60,193 bases of DNA from Candidatus Limnocylindrales bacterium (GCA_035693145.1 DASSHA010000037.1:1-60193); one strand, 5' to 3'; numbered from the stretch's first letter, positions 1-8,953 are shown. The notes: generated by a model not told the origin, from the letters alone. A program made the numbers and translations.

Positions 1-2716
1 GCTGCCGTGTCAACAGAAGGCACAGCAGCGCAAGGCTCTTTCGTCGGATTCGAGTCCCCAGTATCTCCTTGTCGCCGACGACAACGCGAATTCGTCCAAG
101 GTCTTCAACGACGACTTTGGCTGCTAGGCGCCTCGCGAGCCGGCGGCCTAGCCCCGGATCAATGCCGGCTCTCCGTTGCGCTCTAACAAATCCTCTTAGC
201 AACGAGACGTCGGACTGGTCGCCGTGCAGGTCAAGAAGGTGGGCCGCGGCATTTGCTGACGGCCCACGTTCACGAAGGGCAAGTCGGAGCGGTGGCAACC
301 AGCGAGCCGGACGTAACCTGACTTCGCGCTCAACGAGGCTTCCTGGAAAGGTGTCGACTGCATCCAGCCGGTCGACGACAAGTTCCGCCACCATGCTGAG
401 GTGAGCGGCCTCGGCGGCCGGCCAGTGAGCAACTGCCTTCGTCAGCGCGTCGCCGCCGCGGACGGCGGCTGCGAGCAATACGAGCGGTTGAACGAGAAAG
501 CTGATATGCCGCCGTCGGCAGTACATGAGAGCCGACTGGATGGCTTCGGGTGCGAACGGTGAGGCCGTCCGTGCCGCGAGGAGAGCATCCATGTAGCGTC
601 GGCGCCCGAGATGGCCGACTTCCCCGTACACATCGACACGCGGCTCGTTTGCGAGCAAGGTTCGGGCCGTGTCAAAGTCTCCCGTCCTAATCGCCAGCTC
701 GGCGCTCGAGGACCCGAGATACTGGGATCGGAGGCCGTCGGAGTCGATCGATACCGCTTCCGTGAGCAACCGACTTGCTACTGCCGCGTCGCCATACCAC
801 GTCTCGAGGTCAGCCGACTCCACAAGGGATTCGACTCGCACGAGTACATGAGGTGAGGATGTCGCGCGAGACGACGCCTCCTCCGCCGCACGGACCTCGC
901 CGGTGAACCGTAGCGCCCACGCGAGGACCGACTCCGCGGCTGCGACGACCGGCGAGTCGGTGTCGGCCGGAAACGCTTCGAGGGCTTCTCTGGCCACATC
1001 TCGAGTACGGTCCGCATCCCCCATCTGACGGTAGGTGAAGGCGAGGTTCGCAAGCGAGGTGGCTAGGAATTGCCAATGGCCCGCTGTGCGTTGCGATCGC
1101 ACCATCGATTCAAGCTGGGCGGCTAGATCGTGGAGGTCCGCTTCTGTGGCCTCGGCCATGAGAATGGACGCGATCCCGATGGACCGCAGGCCGGGATCCT
1201 CCGCCGTCTCCGCGAGCAACTTTGCGTGTTCGAATCCGGCCTGCTCGAATCCTCGCTCGAATTGCACCGACACCAAGTTGAACAGCGCGATATCCCGGAA
1301 TGTGCCACGCGCATTGCGTAGGTGCTCGTAAGCCGCCTGTGCTCGAGCCTGCGCGTCCGAAAGGCGGCTCTCGATCCAGTGAAGCCGTGATTCGATGACG
1401 TCGAATACAGGATCCGGTTGAGTTGGAGGGAAGCCCGTTAAGTACTCATGAGCCAACCGAACATCTCCACGGCCCAGTAGTTCATGTATCCACTCCCTCA
1501 GCACTCTATGTAGGTCTGGAATGTCTCTCGCCGCCGTGTAGTGGAAGGCGGCGAGGCGCCAGTCGGAGGTTTCGCCGTGACGGGCAACGACCCGATGGAG
1601 GTCGCGGACGGCATCGTCGCCCGTGTCGCGACGGAGGCGATCCTCGAGGAAGTCGCGCACGAGCGGGTGGTAGCGGACGGTGTGGCGGGCGGTCTGGCCG
1701 CGACGGGAGAGCAGCCCGATGCGTTCGGCCGACTCGATCAGCCGGCGCGCGTCTGGTTGCGGCACTGACGCGACGACCTCGGCCAGCGTCGGGTCGACGA
1801 CCTGCAGGATGGACGTGCGCATGAGGAAGTCCTGCATCGCCGGCTCGAGCTCACCCACGACCTCTTCGGCGAGGTAGTCGTACAGGTTCTCGTCCACTCC
1901 GCTCAGGGAACGGACGAACGCCCGGATCTGCGAGGTCGAGCGTTCGCGCACAGCGGCGCGAACGAGCTGGAGGGAGGCGGCCCAACCTTCAGTGCGTCGG
2001 GAGAGGTCGCTCAGGACGTCCGGCTCGAGCGGCTGGTGATACGCGTCTCGGAAGAGCGCCTCGGTCTCCGGTTCGGTGAATCGAAGGTCATCGGTCGTCA
2101 GGTCAGCGACTTCGCCGAGCGCGCGGAGGCGTGCGATCGTGAGCGACGGCCTCCGACGGGTGGCGAGGATCAGCGTGAACCGTTCGGGCGCCCGGACGAG
2201 GATGTCCGCGATCACCGAACGGGCGTCCGGCGATTCGTCGAGCACGTGGTAGTCGTCGATGATCAGCACCGTTGGGTCGTCCGCCAGCCGACCGAGCTCG
2301 GCGAGAAACGTCCGGACGATCTCCTGTCGCGTCCCCCCGGTCGTGCCGAGCTCGGCAAGCCGTTCGGCCGTATGCGGCGCGAACCCCGGATCGACCTCGC
2401 GGCCGGCCGCGACGAGGTAATGGAGCACGCTGATCCAGTCCCGGTCCTCGTCGTCGACTCGAAACCAGATCGTCCGAAGGCGGGTCTGCGCCGCGAAGTC
2501 GGCGAGGAGCGTCGTCTTCCCGTAGCCGGCATCGGCGACGACCTGGACGAGCCGGTGGTGCACGTTGATCGCGAGCCACTCGAGCAGGCGAGCCCGATGG
2601 AGGGTGTCCGGTCGGAGCGGCGGACGCTGGGCCTTCGCCGCCTGGACCGGGAAGGTCGGCCGGCCCGGTGGGGGCGACGGGCGACCGTCCTCGATCGCGC
2701 GCGCGGGGTCAGCCAC
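1..2716 (-). CDS. MalT-like STAND (AAA+/NB-ARC-type) ATPase transcriptional regulator; 3' end lies beyond the window edge
   Basis: Not in the ORF track (no stop inside window). My reverse-strand translation is open from 2716 down to base 2. It contains LVQVVADAGYGKTTLLADF (Walker A), PTVLIIDDYHVL (Walker B), RRTEGWAASLQLV (MalT-type signature) and a long helical/TPR-like middle. The last residues IRVVVGDKEILGTRIRRKSLALLCLLLTRQ look like the start of an OmpR/SARP-type winged helix. The + ORF 2036..2887 is its antisense shadow. Start is GTG 2716 or upstream GTG 2779. Confidence 0.7.
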   Translation of the reverse strand, partial: MADPARAIEDGRPSPPPGRPTFPVQAAKAQRPPLRPDTLHRARLLEWLAINVHHRLVQVVADAGYGKTTLLADFAAQTRLRTIWFRVDDEDRDWISVLHYLVAAGREVDPGFAPHTAERLAELGTTGGTRQEIVRTFLAELGRLADDPTVLIIDDYHVLDESPDARSVIADILVRAPERFTLILATRRRPSLTIARLRALGEVADLTTDDLRFTEPETEALFRDAYHQPLEPDVLSDLSRRTEGWAASLQLVRAAVRERSTSQIRAFVRSLSGVDENLYDYLAEEVVGELEPAMQDFLMRTSILQVVDPTLAEVVASVPQPDARRLIESAERIGLLSRRGQTARHTVRYHPLVRDFLEDRLRRDTGDDAVRDLHRVVARHGETSDWRLAAFHYTAARDIPDLHRVLREWIHELLGRGDVRLAHEYLTGFPPTQPDPVFDVIESRLHWIESRLSDAQARAQAAYEHLRNARGTFRDIALFNLVSVQFERGFEQAGFEHAKLLAETAEDPGLRSIGIASILMAEATEADLHDLAAQLESMVRSQRTAGHWQFLATSLANLAFTYRQMGDADRTRDVAREALEAFPADTDSPVVAAAESVLAWALRFTGEVRAAEEASSRATSSPHVLVRVESLVESADLETWYGDAAVASRLLTEAVSIDSDGLRSQYLGSSSAELAIRTGDFDTARTLLANEPRVDVYGEVGHLGRRRYMDALLAARTASPFAPEAIQSALMYCRRRHISFLVQPLVLLAAAVRGGDALTKAVAHWPAAEAAHLSMVAELVVDRLDAVDTFPGSLVEREVRLRPARWLPPLRLALRERGPSANAAAHLLDLHGDQSDVSLLRGFVRAQRRAGIDPGLGRRLARRLAAKVVVEDLGRIRVVVGDKEILGTRIRRKSLALLCLLLTRQ

Positions 2717-2926
2717 GCTCGTCCCCGGTCCACGAACGTCGCGGCGAGGGCTGCGCGGCGGCTCGTGGCGAGCGGGCACGGGGGACGAGCGAGCGAGCTC
2801 GGCGGTCCCGGTCGACCGAGCTCCCTCCCCAGGCGTGGGCAGGGCCATATCGCCGATGGTGCAGCGGTGCACTCATCGCGGGATTAGCTGCGAGCGCTCG
2901 TGGAACGGCCCGGAATGCGCGCTCGC

Positions 2927-3136
2927 TTATTCCGGCGACTCGTACTCGAACGCGATCTTGAGGTCGACGCGGTACTCGACGATCTCGCCGTCTTGAACCT
3001 CTGCGGTCGACTTCACGACCTCGACGGTGCGGATGTTTCGGACGGTCCGCGCCGCCGTGGCAACCGCCTGGCGAGCCGCATCGCTCCACGAGCGCGGGCT
3101 CGTGCCGACCATCTCGCGAATGATGATCACACCCAC
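2927..3136 (-). CDS. dodecin-family flavin-binding protein
   Basis: 69 aa. VGTSPRSWSDAARQAV..VRNIRTVEVV..DGEIVEYRVDLKIAF fits the roughly 70-aa dodecin pattern as I remember it. GTG start. Confidence 0.75.
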   Translation of the reverse strand: MGVIIIREMVGTSPRSWSDAARQAVATAARTVRNIRTVEVVKSTAEVQDGEIVEYRVDLKIAFEYESPE

Positions 3137-3237
3137 CGAACCACCCTCCCGTTCCCGGCGTCGCGCTCCGCCCGGGCACGGCGGCTTCGACGCGACGGGG
3201 TTCGCAGTCTAGCGGCGCCCGCCCCCGGAATCAGAAC

Positions 3238-3258
3238 GGGCCGGCGAAACGCCGGCCC
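3238..3258 (-). terminator. GC hairpin (GGGCCGGCG-AAA-CGCCGGCCC) 25 nt downstream of the zinc-ribbon gene
   Basis: Perfect 9-bp stem with a 3-nt loop. On the minus strand it is followed by GTTCTGATTCC. Position calibrated on the stop at 3283-3285. Confidence 0.5.
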
Positions 3259-3282
3259 GCTGCCTCCTCCGTGAACGCCCGC

Positions 3283-3618
3283 TCAGGCGGTCGCGACGGG
3301 CTCCGCTCGGACCTTGTCGAAGCACGAGCTGCAATAGACCGGGCGGTCGGTGCGCGGGGCGAACGGCACGACGGCCTGGCCCCCACACATGGCGCAGACG
3401 GCCGCGTGATACTCGCGCGGTCCGCCAACGGTGCGGGCCCGCTTCGCGGCCGCGCGACACGTGGGGCACCGCTGCGGATCGTTCTGCAGACCCTTGCTGG
3501 CGAAGAACGACTGTTCCCCCGCGGAAAAGACGAAGGCCTCGCCGCAGTCGCGGCAGGTCAGCGTTCGATCATCAAACACGCTCTCCCGGTCCTCCATCGC
3601 AATGACGCGAAGTGTCAT
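3283..3618 (-). CDS. CxxC-x17-CxxC type zinc-ribbon protein (two ribbon units)
   Basis: Carries CRDC...CPTC and CAMC...CSSC pairs. TLTCRDCGEAFVFSAGEQSFFASKGLQNDPQRCPTCR matches the small zinc-ribbon family I recall as TIGR04272-like. The internal ATG 3597 (MEDRESVF) may be the true start. Confidence 0.7.
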   Translation of the reverse strand: MTLRVIAMEDRESVFDDRTLTCRDCGEAFVFSAGEQSFFASKGLQNDPQRCPTCRAAAKRARTVGGPREYHAAVCAMCGGQAVVPFAPRTDRPVYCSSCFDKVRAEPVATA

Positions 3619-3777
3619 GAGTTCGCGCTGAGCGAGGGTCGGGTCGAGCGCTACCGCAGATGGGTGGCGACGGAAGCTCGAGCCTCGATTTCGGAACTCG
3701 TGGAGCGCAGCATACGAGCGGCGTCAAGCGGGGTTTTCGACGCTCGTCGTCGCGTCGTGCGCGACCAAGCATGCATT

Positions 3778-3793
3778 TCGCACGTTGGTTCGA
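3778..3793. promoter_or_regulatory. near-consensus LexA box (TCGAAC-caac-GTGCGA on the minus strand, one core mismatch)
   Basis: Read directly from the sequence. It lies about 160 nt upstream of the zinc-ribbon gene start, in the relatively AT-rich dnaB/zinc-ribbon spacer. Confidence 0.3.
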
Positions 3794-3859
3794 TTGGACG
3801 CGCGATTTCGTTCCTTCAAAGCAACTTGTTCGTCCGAAGGCTGCGCCGCTCGGTCCCGG

Positions 3860-3881
3860 GGCGGTGCGTACTCGCACCGCC
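3860..3881 (-). terminator. GC hairpin (GGCGGTGCG-TACT-CGCACCGCC) 8 nt after the dnaB stop
   Basis: Perfect 9-bp stem with a 4-nt loop immediately downstream of the dnaB stop (3889-3891). No clear U tract. Confidence 0.5.
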
Positions 3882-3888
3882 GACAGGA

Positions 3889-5241
3889 TCAGGCGATCTC
3901 GGCATACCGCTCGCCGACGGCGGCCGAGTAGAAGCGTGTCTGGTGCTTCTTGAACATGAGCTTCACGCGTCCGGTCGGGCCGTTGCGGTGCTTGGCGAGA
4001 TGGAGGTTGATCTCCTCGACGTCGGTCACTTCGTCGTCCTGGCCGCGTTCCTTGTCCCGCCACAGGAACATCACGAGATCGGCGTCCTGCTCGATCGCAC
4101 CGGACTCGCGAAGATCCGAGAGCCGAGGCTCCTTCGACTCGCGCATCTCGGGCTGCCGCGACAACTGCGAGAGTGCGATGACGGGCACGGCCAGCTCGCG
4201 CGCGAGCGCCTTGAGCCCCCGGCTGATCTCCGAGACCTCCTGGACGCGATTGGCGTCGCGGCTCGTCGTGCTCGATTGCATGAGCTGGAGGTAGTCGACG
4301 ATCACGAGGTCCAGGCCCGCCTCGGCCTGCAAGCGACGGGCCTTGGTTCGCAGCTCCATCGTGCTGATGTTCGGCGTGTCGTCGATGAAGATGCGGGCCT
4401 CGGACAGGCTGGTCATCGCGTTCGCGACACGGTTGAAGTCCATGTCCTCGAGGAACCCGGTGCGCAGTCGCTGACTGTCGATGTCGCCGACCGAGCTGAG
4501 GAGACGGAGCACGAGCTGCTCCTTGCTCATCTCGAGGCTGAACACTCCGACCGACTTCCCGTCGCGCACCGCCGCGTGCTCTGCCATGTTCAGGGCAAGG
4601 CTCGTCTTGCCGACCGAAGGACGCGCCGCGAGGACGATGAGGTCGCTTCTCTGGAGGCCCGTCGTCATCGCGTCGAGCTCGGCGAAGCCGGTCCGGATGC
4701 CGCTGATCTCGCCGCGGTGTGAATGGAGGTAATCCAGCCGGTCGAACGCCTCGTGGAGCAGCGAGCGGAGGGGGCTGAACCCGGCGTGGACGCGTCGCTC
4801 GCTGACCGCGAACAGCTCCGTCTCGGCGCGGTCGATCGCCTCCTGGATCTCGGCCGGATCCTCGTAGCCGATCCCCGCGATCTTGCCGGCCGCCGCGATG
4901 AGGTTGCGCAGGACCGCCTTGCGCTCGACGATGCGCGCGTACTGGACGGCGTGAACGGCCGTCGGCGTCTGGTTCGACAGCGAGCTCAGGTAGCTCCGGC
5001 CGCCGACAGCGTCGAGCTCCTCCTTCCGCTCGAGCGTCTCCGAGACGGTGACGATGTCGATCGGCTCGCGGCGCTCGAACAGCTCGAGCATCGCGCCGTA
5101 CACGAGAGCGTTGGCCTGCCGGTAGAAGTCCTCCGGCCGAAGGAACTCGGCCACCTCGACGATCGCGTCGCGGTCGATGAGCACCGAACCGAGCACCGAT
5201 TGCTCGGCCTCGAGGCTCTGCGGCGGAAGGCGATCGATCAC
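3889..5241 (-). CDS. dnaB: replicative DNA helicase DnaB
   Basis: 450 aa. N-terminus is PPQSLEAEQSVLGSVLIDRDAI; Walker A is ARPSVGKTSLALN; also IVDYLQLM and SQLSR motifs. No intein insertion. Confidence 0.95.
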   Translation of the reverse strand: MIDRLPPQSLEAEQSVLGSVLIDRDAIVEVAEFLRPEDFYRQANALVYGAMLELFERREPIDIVTVSETLERKEELDAVGGRSYLSSLSNQTPTAVHAVQYARIVERKAVLRNLIAAAGKIAGIGYEDPAEIQEAIDRAETELFAVSERRVHAGFSPLRSLLHEAFDRLDYLHSHRGEISGIRTGFAELDAMTTGLQRSDLIVLAARPSVGKTSLALNMAEHAAVRDGKSVGVFSLEMSKEQLVLRLLSSVGDIDSQRLRTGFLEDMDFNRVANAMTSLSEARIFIDDTPNISTMELRTKARRLQAEAGLDLVIVDYLQLMQSSTTSRDANRVQEVSEISRGLKALARELAVPVIALSQLSRQPEMRESKEPRLSDLRESGAIEQDADLVMFLWRDKERGQDDEVTDVEEINLHLAKHRNGPTGRVKLMFKKHQTRFYSAAVGERYAEIA

Positions 5242-5499
5242 GCGGCGGACTCCGAAGGGACGTGGGCAAACCGATGGTGCCGCCGCGCGCCCGACGGCGG
5301 GAGGGACTTATCCCCGGCTTTCATCCACCTTCTCGCGCCCCACTGTGGACGGTGTGGACCGGCTCGCGCCGCCACGAACGAACTGGGCGGGCGAGGCGAC
5401 GCAGCCGAAGGCGGGAGACGAGGACGCGAGCGAGCGCACTCCACGTGCGTGAGCGACCGCCGGAGCCGAGCAACGCCGGCCTGGGGCGAAATCGCCCGT

Positions 5500-6153
5500 T
5501 CAGTCGAGGCGGCGGATGACGCCGATCAGCTTTCCCTGAATCCTCACGTCGTCGTAGACCTGGTCCGGATACGCCTGGTTCGCCGGCTTGAGCCGAACCT
5601 TGTCCTTCTCCTTGAAGAACCGCTTCAGGGTGACGGCGTTCTCCTCGACCTGGGCCACGACGATATCGCCGTTACGGGCGGTGCTCTGAGGGCGGATGAG
5701 GACGTAGTCGCCGTCCGCGATGTGCGCCTCGATCATCGAATCGCCGCGGACCTTGAGCACATAGGCGTCCCCGGATGGAGCGAAGAGGTCCGGCACGGAC
5801 ACGGTCTCTGATGCGTCCCGGTACGCCTCGATCGGGCCGCCCGCGGCGACCTCGCCGACGATCGGAAGGACGTAGACGTCGGCGCTGCCGTTCGACTGTG
5901 GGACCAGCTCCGACGAGAGGCCCAGGTGAAGCGCCGCCGTGGGTGTCAGCCGGATTGCGCGCGACTGGGCGGCGCCACGCTCAAGGTACCCCTCGCGCTC
6001 GAGGATCTGGAGGTGGTGATGGACGGCGGACGTGGAGGCGAGCCCGACGGCACGAGCGATCTCCCGGACGGACGGCGGATACCCCCTGGCACGCAGCGTC
6101 GCCGCGATGTAGTCGAGGATCTTCACCTTCCGCTCGGCGTCGTGCCTGGTCAC
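5500..6153 (-). CDS. lexA: LexA repressor (SOS regulator, S24 autopeptidase)
   Basis: 217 aa. wHTH is GYPPSVREIARAVGLASTSAVHHHLQILEREGYL; cleavage/catalytic region is VRGDSMIEAHIADGD...VTLKRF. It has its own operator upstream. Confidence 0.95.
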   Translation of the reverse strand: MTRHDAERKVKILDYIAATLRARGYPPSVREIARAVGLASTSAVHHHLQILEREGYLERGAAQSRAIRLTPTAALHLGLSSELVPQSNGSADVYVLPIVGEVAAGGPIEAYRDASETVSVPDLFAPSGDAYVLKVRGDSMIEAHIADGDYVLIRPQSTARNGDIVVAQVEENAVTLKRFFKEKDKVRLKPANQAYPDQVYDDVRIQGKLIGVIRRLD

Positions 6154-6173
6154 TGGCGCCTCCTTTCGACAGC

Positions 6174-6201
6174 ATCATACCGAACAGGCGTTCGATGTCA
6201 A
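6174..6201 (-). promoter_or_regulatory. lexA promoter: TTGACA - 16 nt - TATGAT (minus strand), followed by AGGAGG (6159-6164) and GTG 6153
   Basis: Minus-strand reading is gcgTTGACAtcgaacgcctgttcggTATGATgctgtcgaaAGGAGGcgccaGTG. Confidence 0.6.
6180..6195. promoter_or_regulatory. LexA operator (TCGAAC-gcct-GTTCGG) inside the lexA promoter spacer
   Basis: GAAC-N4-GTTC palindrome of the Gram-positive/actinobacterial type, 27 nt upstream of the lexA start. This is the classic autoregulation layout. Confidence 0.8.
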
Positions 6202-6315
6202 CGCGTCGAACGCCGTACGTGGCCAGGGAGGGCCCGCTCGGTTCGCGGTGTAAACTCCCGCTCCCGACGGACCGGCCTTCCCCGCGTGGCTGCGCCGTCG
6301 ACGCGTGAGGTTCAG

Positions 6316-6885
6316 GTGCCAAAGACCCGTTCATCGCAGCGGCACGGTCCGCTCAGGACCCTCGGTGGCTCCTTCGGCGGTGGTCTCAGACGATCGCTTG
6401 GCCTGCTCGCGCTCGCACCGCTCGCAAGTCGCGCGCCGCAGTACTCGCGGCTGGTCTGGTCGCTCGTCGTGGATGATCGAACCCCCGCCAGCCGAAAGGC
6501 GCTGCTCGCCGGCGCGCTGGGCTACCTGGTCCTCGGGCGCGATCTCGTGCCGGACGACGTGCCGATCCTCGGCGGCCTCGACGACCTCGTCGTCGTCGTC
6601 CTCGCCGTCGACCTGTTCCTCGACGGCGTGCCGAACGACCTGCTCGACGAGAAGCTGGACGCCCTCGGGATCGAACGCTCGTCGTTCGACCGGGACATCA
6701 GCCAGATCCGGCGCCTGACGCCAGGCCCCGTGCGGCGGGCGCTGCGTCGGCTGCCCCGGATGGTCGAGCTCGCCGGAGCCGCGCTCGGGCGCTCGGGGCT
6801 CGGCCCCGCACTTCGCTCATGGATCGTGGAGGGTGGCTCGGGTGTCCGACGGACGCGCCGGCCGATGGAGGATTCGATCGCGTGA
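6316..6885 (+). CDS. DUF1232 (YkvA-like) membrane protein
   Basis: LLAGALGYLVLGRDLVPDDVPILGGLDDLVVVVLAVDLF matches the DUF1232 signature (DLIPD.iP.lG.lDD). Start GTG 6316 was chosen inside the longer ORF 5926..6885. Its stop overlaps the rplI start (GTGA). Confidence 0.65.
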   Translation: MPKTRSSQRHGPLRTLGGSFGGGLRRSLGLLALAPLASRAPQYSRLVWSLVVDDRTPASRKALLAGALGYLVLGRDLVPDDVPILGGLDDLVVVVLAVDLFLDGVPNDLLDEKLDALGIERSSFDRDISQIRRLTPGPVRRALRRLPRMVELAGAALGRSGLGPALRSWIVEGGSGVRRTRRPMEDSIA

Positions 6886-7328
6886 AGGTGATCCTGACTG
6901 CCGACGTGCCCGCGCTGGGCAAGAGCGGCGATCTCAAGTCGGTGGCCGACGGCTACGCCAGCAACTTCCTCATCCCGAAGCGGCTGGCCGTTCCGGCGGC
7001 GGGCGGCGCCTACCGCGCCTACGTCCACGACATCGCGAGCCGCGAGGAGAAGCGGAAGCGCGAGCGCGAGGAGGCCGAGGTCGCCGCGACGCGCATCGCC
7101 TCCACGACGCTGACGATGGGCGTCAAGGTCGGTGAGGGCGGCAAGCTCTATGGCTCGATCACCGCACAGGACATCGCCGACGCGCTCGGCCGCCGTGGGA
7201 TCACGATCGACAAGCACAAGATCGACCTGGACCAGCCGCTCAAGACGCTGGGCACGTACAAGGTCGCGATCAAGGTCTACGGCGGGATGACGCCCGAAGT
7301 CACGATCGTCGTCGAACCGAAGGGCTGA
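6882..7328 (+). CDS. rplI: 50S ribosomal protein L9
   Basis: VKVILTADVPALGKSGDLKSVADGYASNFLIPKRLAV is a canonical L9 N-terminus. GGAGGA lies at 6867-6872. GTG 6882 is in frame with track ORF 6819..7328. Confidence 0.9.
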   Translation: MKVILTADVPALGKSGDLKSVADGYASNFLIPKRLAVPAAGGAYRAYVHDIASREEKRKREREEAEVAATRIASTTLTMGVKVGEGGKLYGSITAQDIADALGRRGITIDKHKIDLDQPLKTLGTYKVAIKVYGGMTPEVTIVVEPKG

Positions 7329-7582
7329 TCCGCGGGAGCGTGGGACGGGCGAGGGGGCGCGGGCCCTCGGCGCTGGGCCGCATCGAGCGTCGCCCGGTTC
7401 GTCCGGAATACAAGTGACCGTGGTGCTACGGAGGAAACGGGGGCCGACGAGCGCCTGGTTTGACGCTGACGGCTAATTTCTCGCGCCGGTGGGGCCCGCG
7501 ACGTCCGTAATACCACCCCCATTGGTATCCGGAAGGTGGGCCGCCGCGCCACGGCGGCGCGGGCGGGCGAAGGTCGGCGGGG

Positions 7583-7602
7583 CCGGCCGCGATGTCGGCC
7601 GG
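7583..7602 (-). terminator. weak hairpin (CCGGCCG-6 nt-CGGCCGG) 15 nt after the stop of the 7617..8936 gene
   Basis: 7-bp GC stem seen directly. No U tract. Confidence 0.3.
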
Positions 7603-7616
7603 GAACGGGGGAAAGG

Positions 7617-8936
7617 TCAGAACTCGACGAAGCCGATGCCGATCGCCCAGATCGCGTAGGCGCAGATGAGGACCGACGCGACCGTCGCGGCGATGGCGAG
7701 GCGGCTGATGCCGCGCTCGAAGACCGTGGCGAGGATGACGAACAGCAGGGGCTGGAAGTCCAACGAGAAGCGGTACCCGAACTGGGTGATGCCGACGTTG
7801 CCGTGGGTCACGATCGGGACCGCGACGAGGGCGATCCCGACGAGGGAGTAGGCCACCCGCGGGTCGCGCAGCCTCGCGCGGAAGAGCCACAGGAACAGGG
7901 GCGTCGTCAGGAAGATCGACAGGCCCCACCACGAGGGCTGGAGGAACGGTGGCTCGTCGACGAAGTTCCAGCTCCGGAAGAAGATCGCGTACAGGTTCCG
8001 CGGGATGTACCACAGCGACAGGATCCCGTGGTCGCGGTAGATCGGATCGTCGAGGACACCGGGGATCCGGACGTAGCCCTCGTCGAAGGGCGACCCCCAG
8101 CGGACGACGTTGTAGAGCGCGTAGGCGGCCAGCGGGATTGCCAGCCCGACGACGAACGGCGCGAGGGTTCGAACGGCCCGCTCGATGGGCGGCAGCCGCG
8201 GCGGCCAGCCGAGCCGCAGGAGGAGCGCCGCGAAGAACGGGGCGCTGAGCGCGACCGGCAGCCGTGACGTCGCGGCGAAACCGAGGAACAGCCCGACGGC
8301 CAGCGGCGCCCGGCCACGGAACGCGAGGTTGAGCGCCGCGAGCATGAAGAAGACCGCGACGACGTGCGCGAAGTACCAGACCGAGCCGACCTCGGCGATG
8401 TACCAGAGGACCGTTCCGAGCCCGAACGCGACGGTCAGCGTGATCCGGGCGCGGCGCGACAGCGAGAAGGCGCCGAACAGCAGCCACGCCAAGCCGACGG
8501 CGGCGCCGCCCATGATCGAGCTGACGACCTGCTCGTGGATGTCGGTGCCGAACAGCGCGACGATCGGGACGAGCAGGACGGCGGGCAACGGCGGATAGGC
8601 CACGTACCACTCGCCGGGCCCTGCCGGAATGAGCTCGTTGAGCCACGACGGCGCTTCGAGCAGCGTGATCCGTCCGTGGAGGAACGCGTCGGCTAGCCGG
8701 ACGAAATAGTCGAGGTTCTCGCGGTCGCGCGACGACGTGTACAGGTAGATCGCGCTGACGACGACTGCGACGACGAGCGTCGACCAGACCTCGTCATGGG
8801 CGCGGGCCCACGTTACTGAGGCGCTGTCGGGAAGGCGATCCTCGCCCGCTGCAGGCGTCGCGAGTCGTGGCCGGCGGACCGTTCGGGGAGCCTCCATCGC
8901 GTCGCTATTCTTCGGATCGGCGGCGCGCGCGTCCAC
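7617..8936 (-). CDS. polytopic GT-C-fold glycosyltransferase-like membrane protein (ArnT/PMT-like)
   Basis: 439 aa with about a dozen hydrophobic segments. The first-loop region is YLYTSSRDRENLDYFVRLADAFLHGR; the overall look is that of family 39/83-type lipid-linked sugar transferases. Family is from recall only. An alternative ATG start lies at 8897. Confidence 0.65.
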   Translation of the reverse strand: MDARAADPKNSDAMEAPRTVRRPRLATPAAGEDRLPDSASVTWARAHDEVWSTLVVAVVVSAIYLYTSSRDRENLDYFVRLADAFLHGRITLLEAPSWLNELIPAGPGEWYVAYPPLPAVLLVPIVALFGTDIHEQVVSSIMGGAAVGLAWLLFGAFSLSRRARITLTVAFGLGTVLWYIAEVGSVWYFAHVVAVFFMLAALNLAFRGRAPLAVGLFLGFAATSRLPVALSAPFFAALLLRLGWPPRLPPIERAVRTLAPFVVGLAIPLAAYALYNVVRWGSPFDEGYVRIPGVLDDPIYRDHGILSLWYIPRNLYAIFFRSWNFVDEPPFLQPSWWGLSIFLTTPLFLWLFRARLRDPRVAYSLVGIALVAVPIVTHGNVGITQFGYRFSLDFQPLLFVILATVFERGISRLAIAATVASVLICAYAIWAIGIGFVEF

Positions 8937-8953
8937 CCGATCGTCGTTCGGCG

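Noticed and set aside
2036-2887. 283-aa plus-strand ORF
   Set aside because: It is the antisense of the Walker A/B region of the STAND regulator, whose minus-strand translation carries clear motifs.
3271-5269. Long ORFs 3271..4722 (+, 483 aa) and 3572..5269 (-, 565 aa) overlapping dnaB
   Set aside because: The translations are Arg/Ala/Gly/Pro-rich low complexity with no motifs. They lie antisense or off-frame to an unmistakable DnaB. These are typical shadow ORFs of very GC-rich DNA.
6206-6221. Second LexA site next to the lexA operator (TCGAAC-gccg-TACGTG)
   Set aside because: Only the left half-site is intact and the right core is TACG instead of GTTC. It is probably not an operator.
7529-7536. 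CCGGAAGG as the SRP RNA domain IV motif
   Set aside because: The flanking AGCA/GGAA symmetric-loop context and the long closing hairpin expected for 4.5S/SRP RNA are missing.
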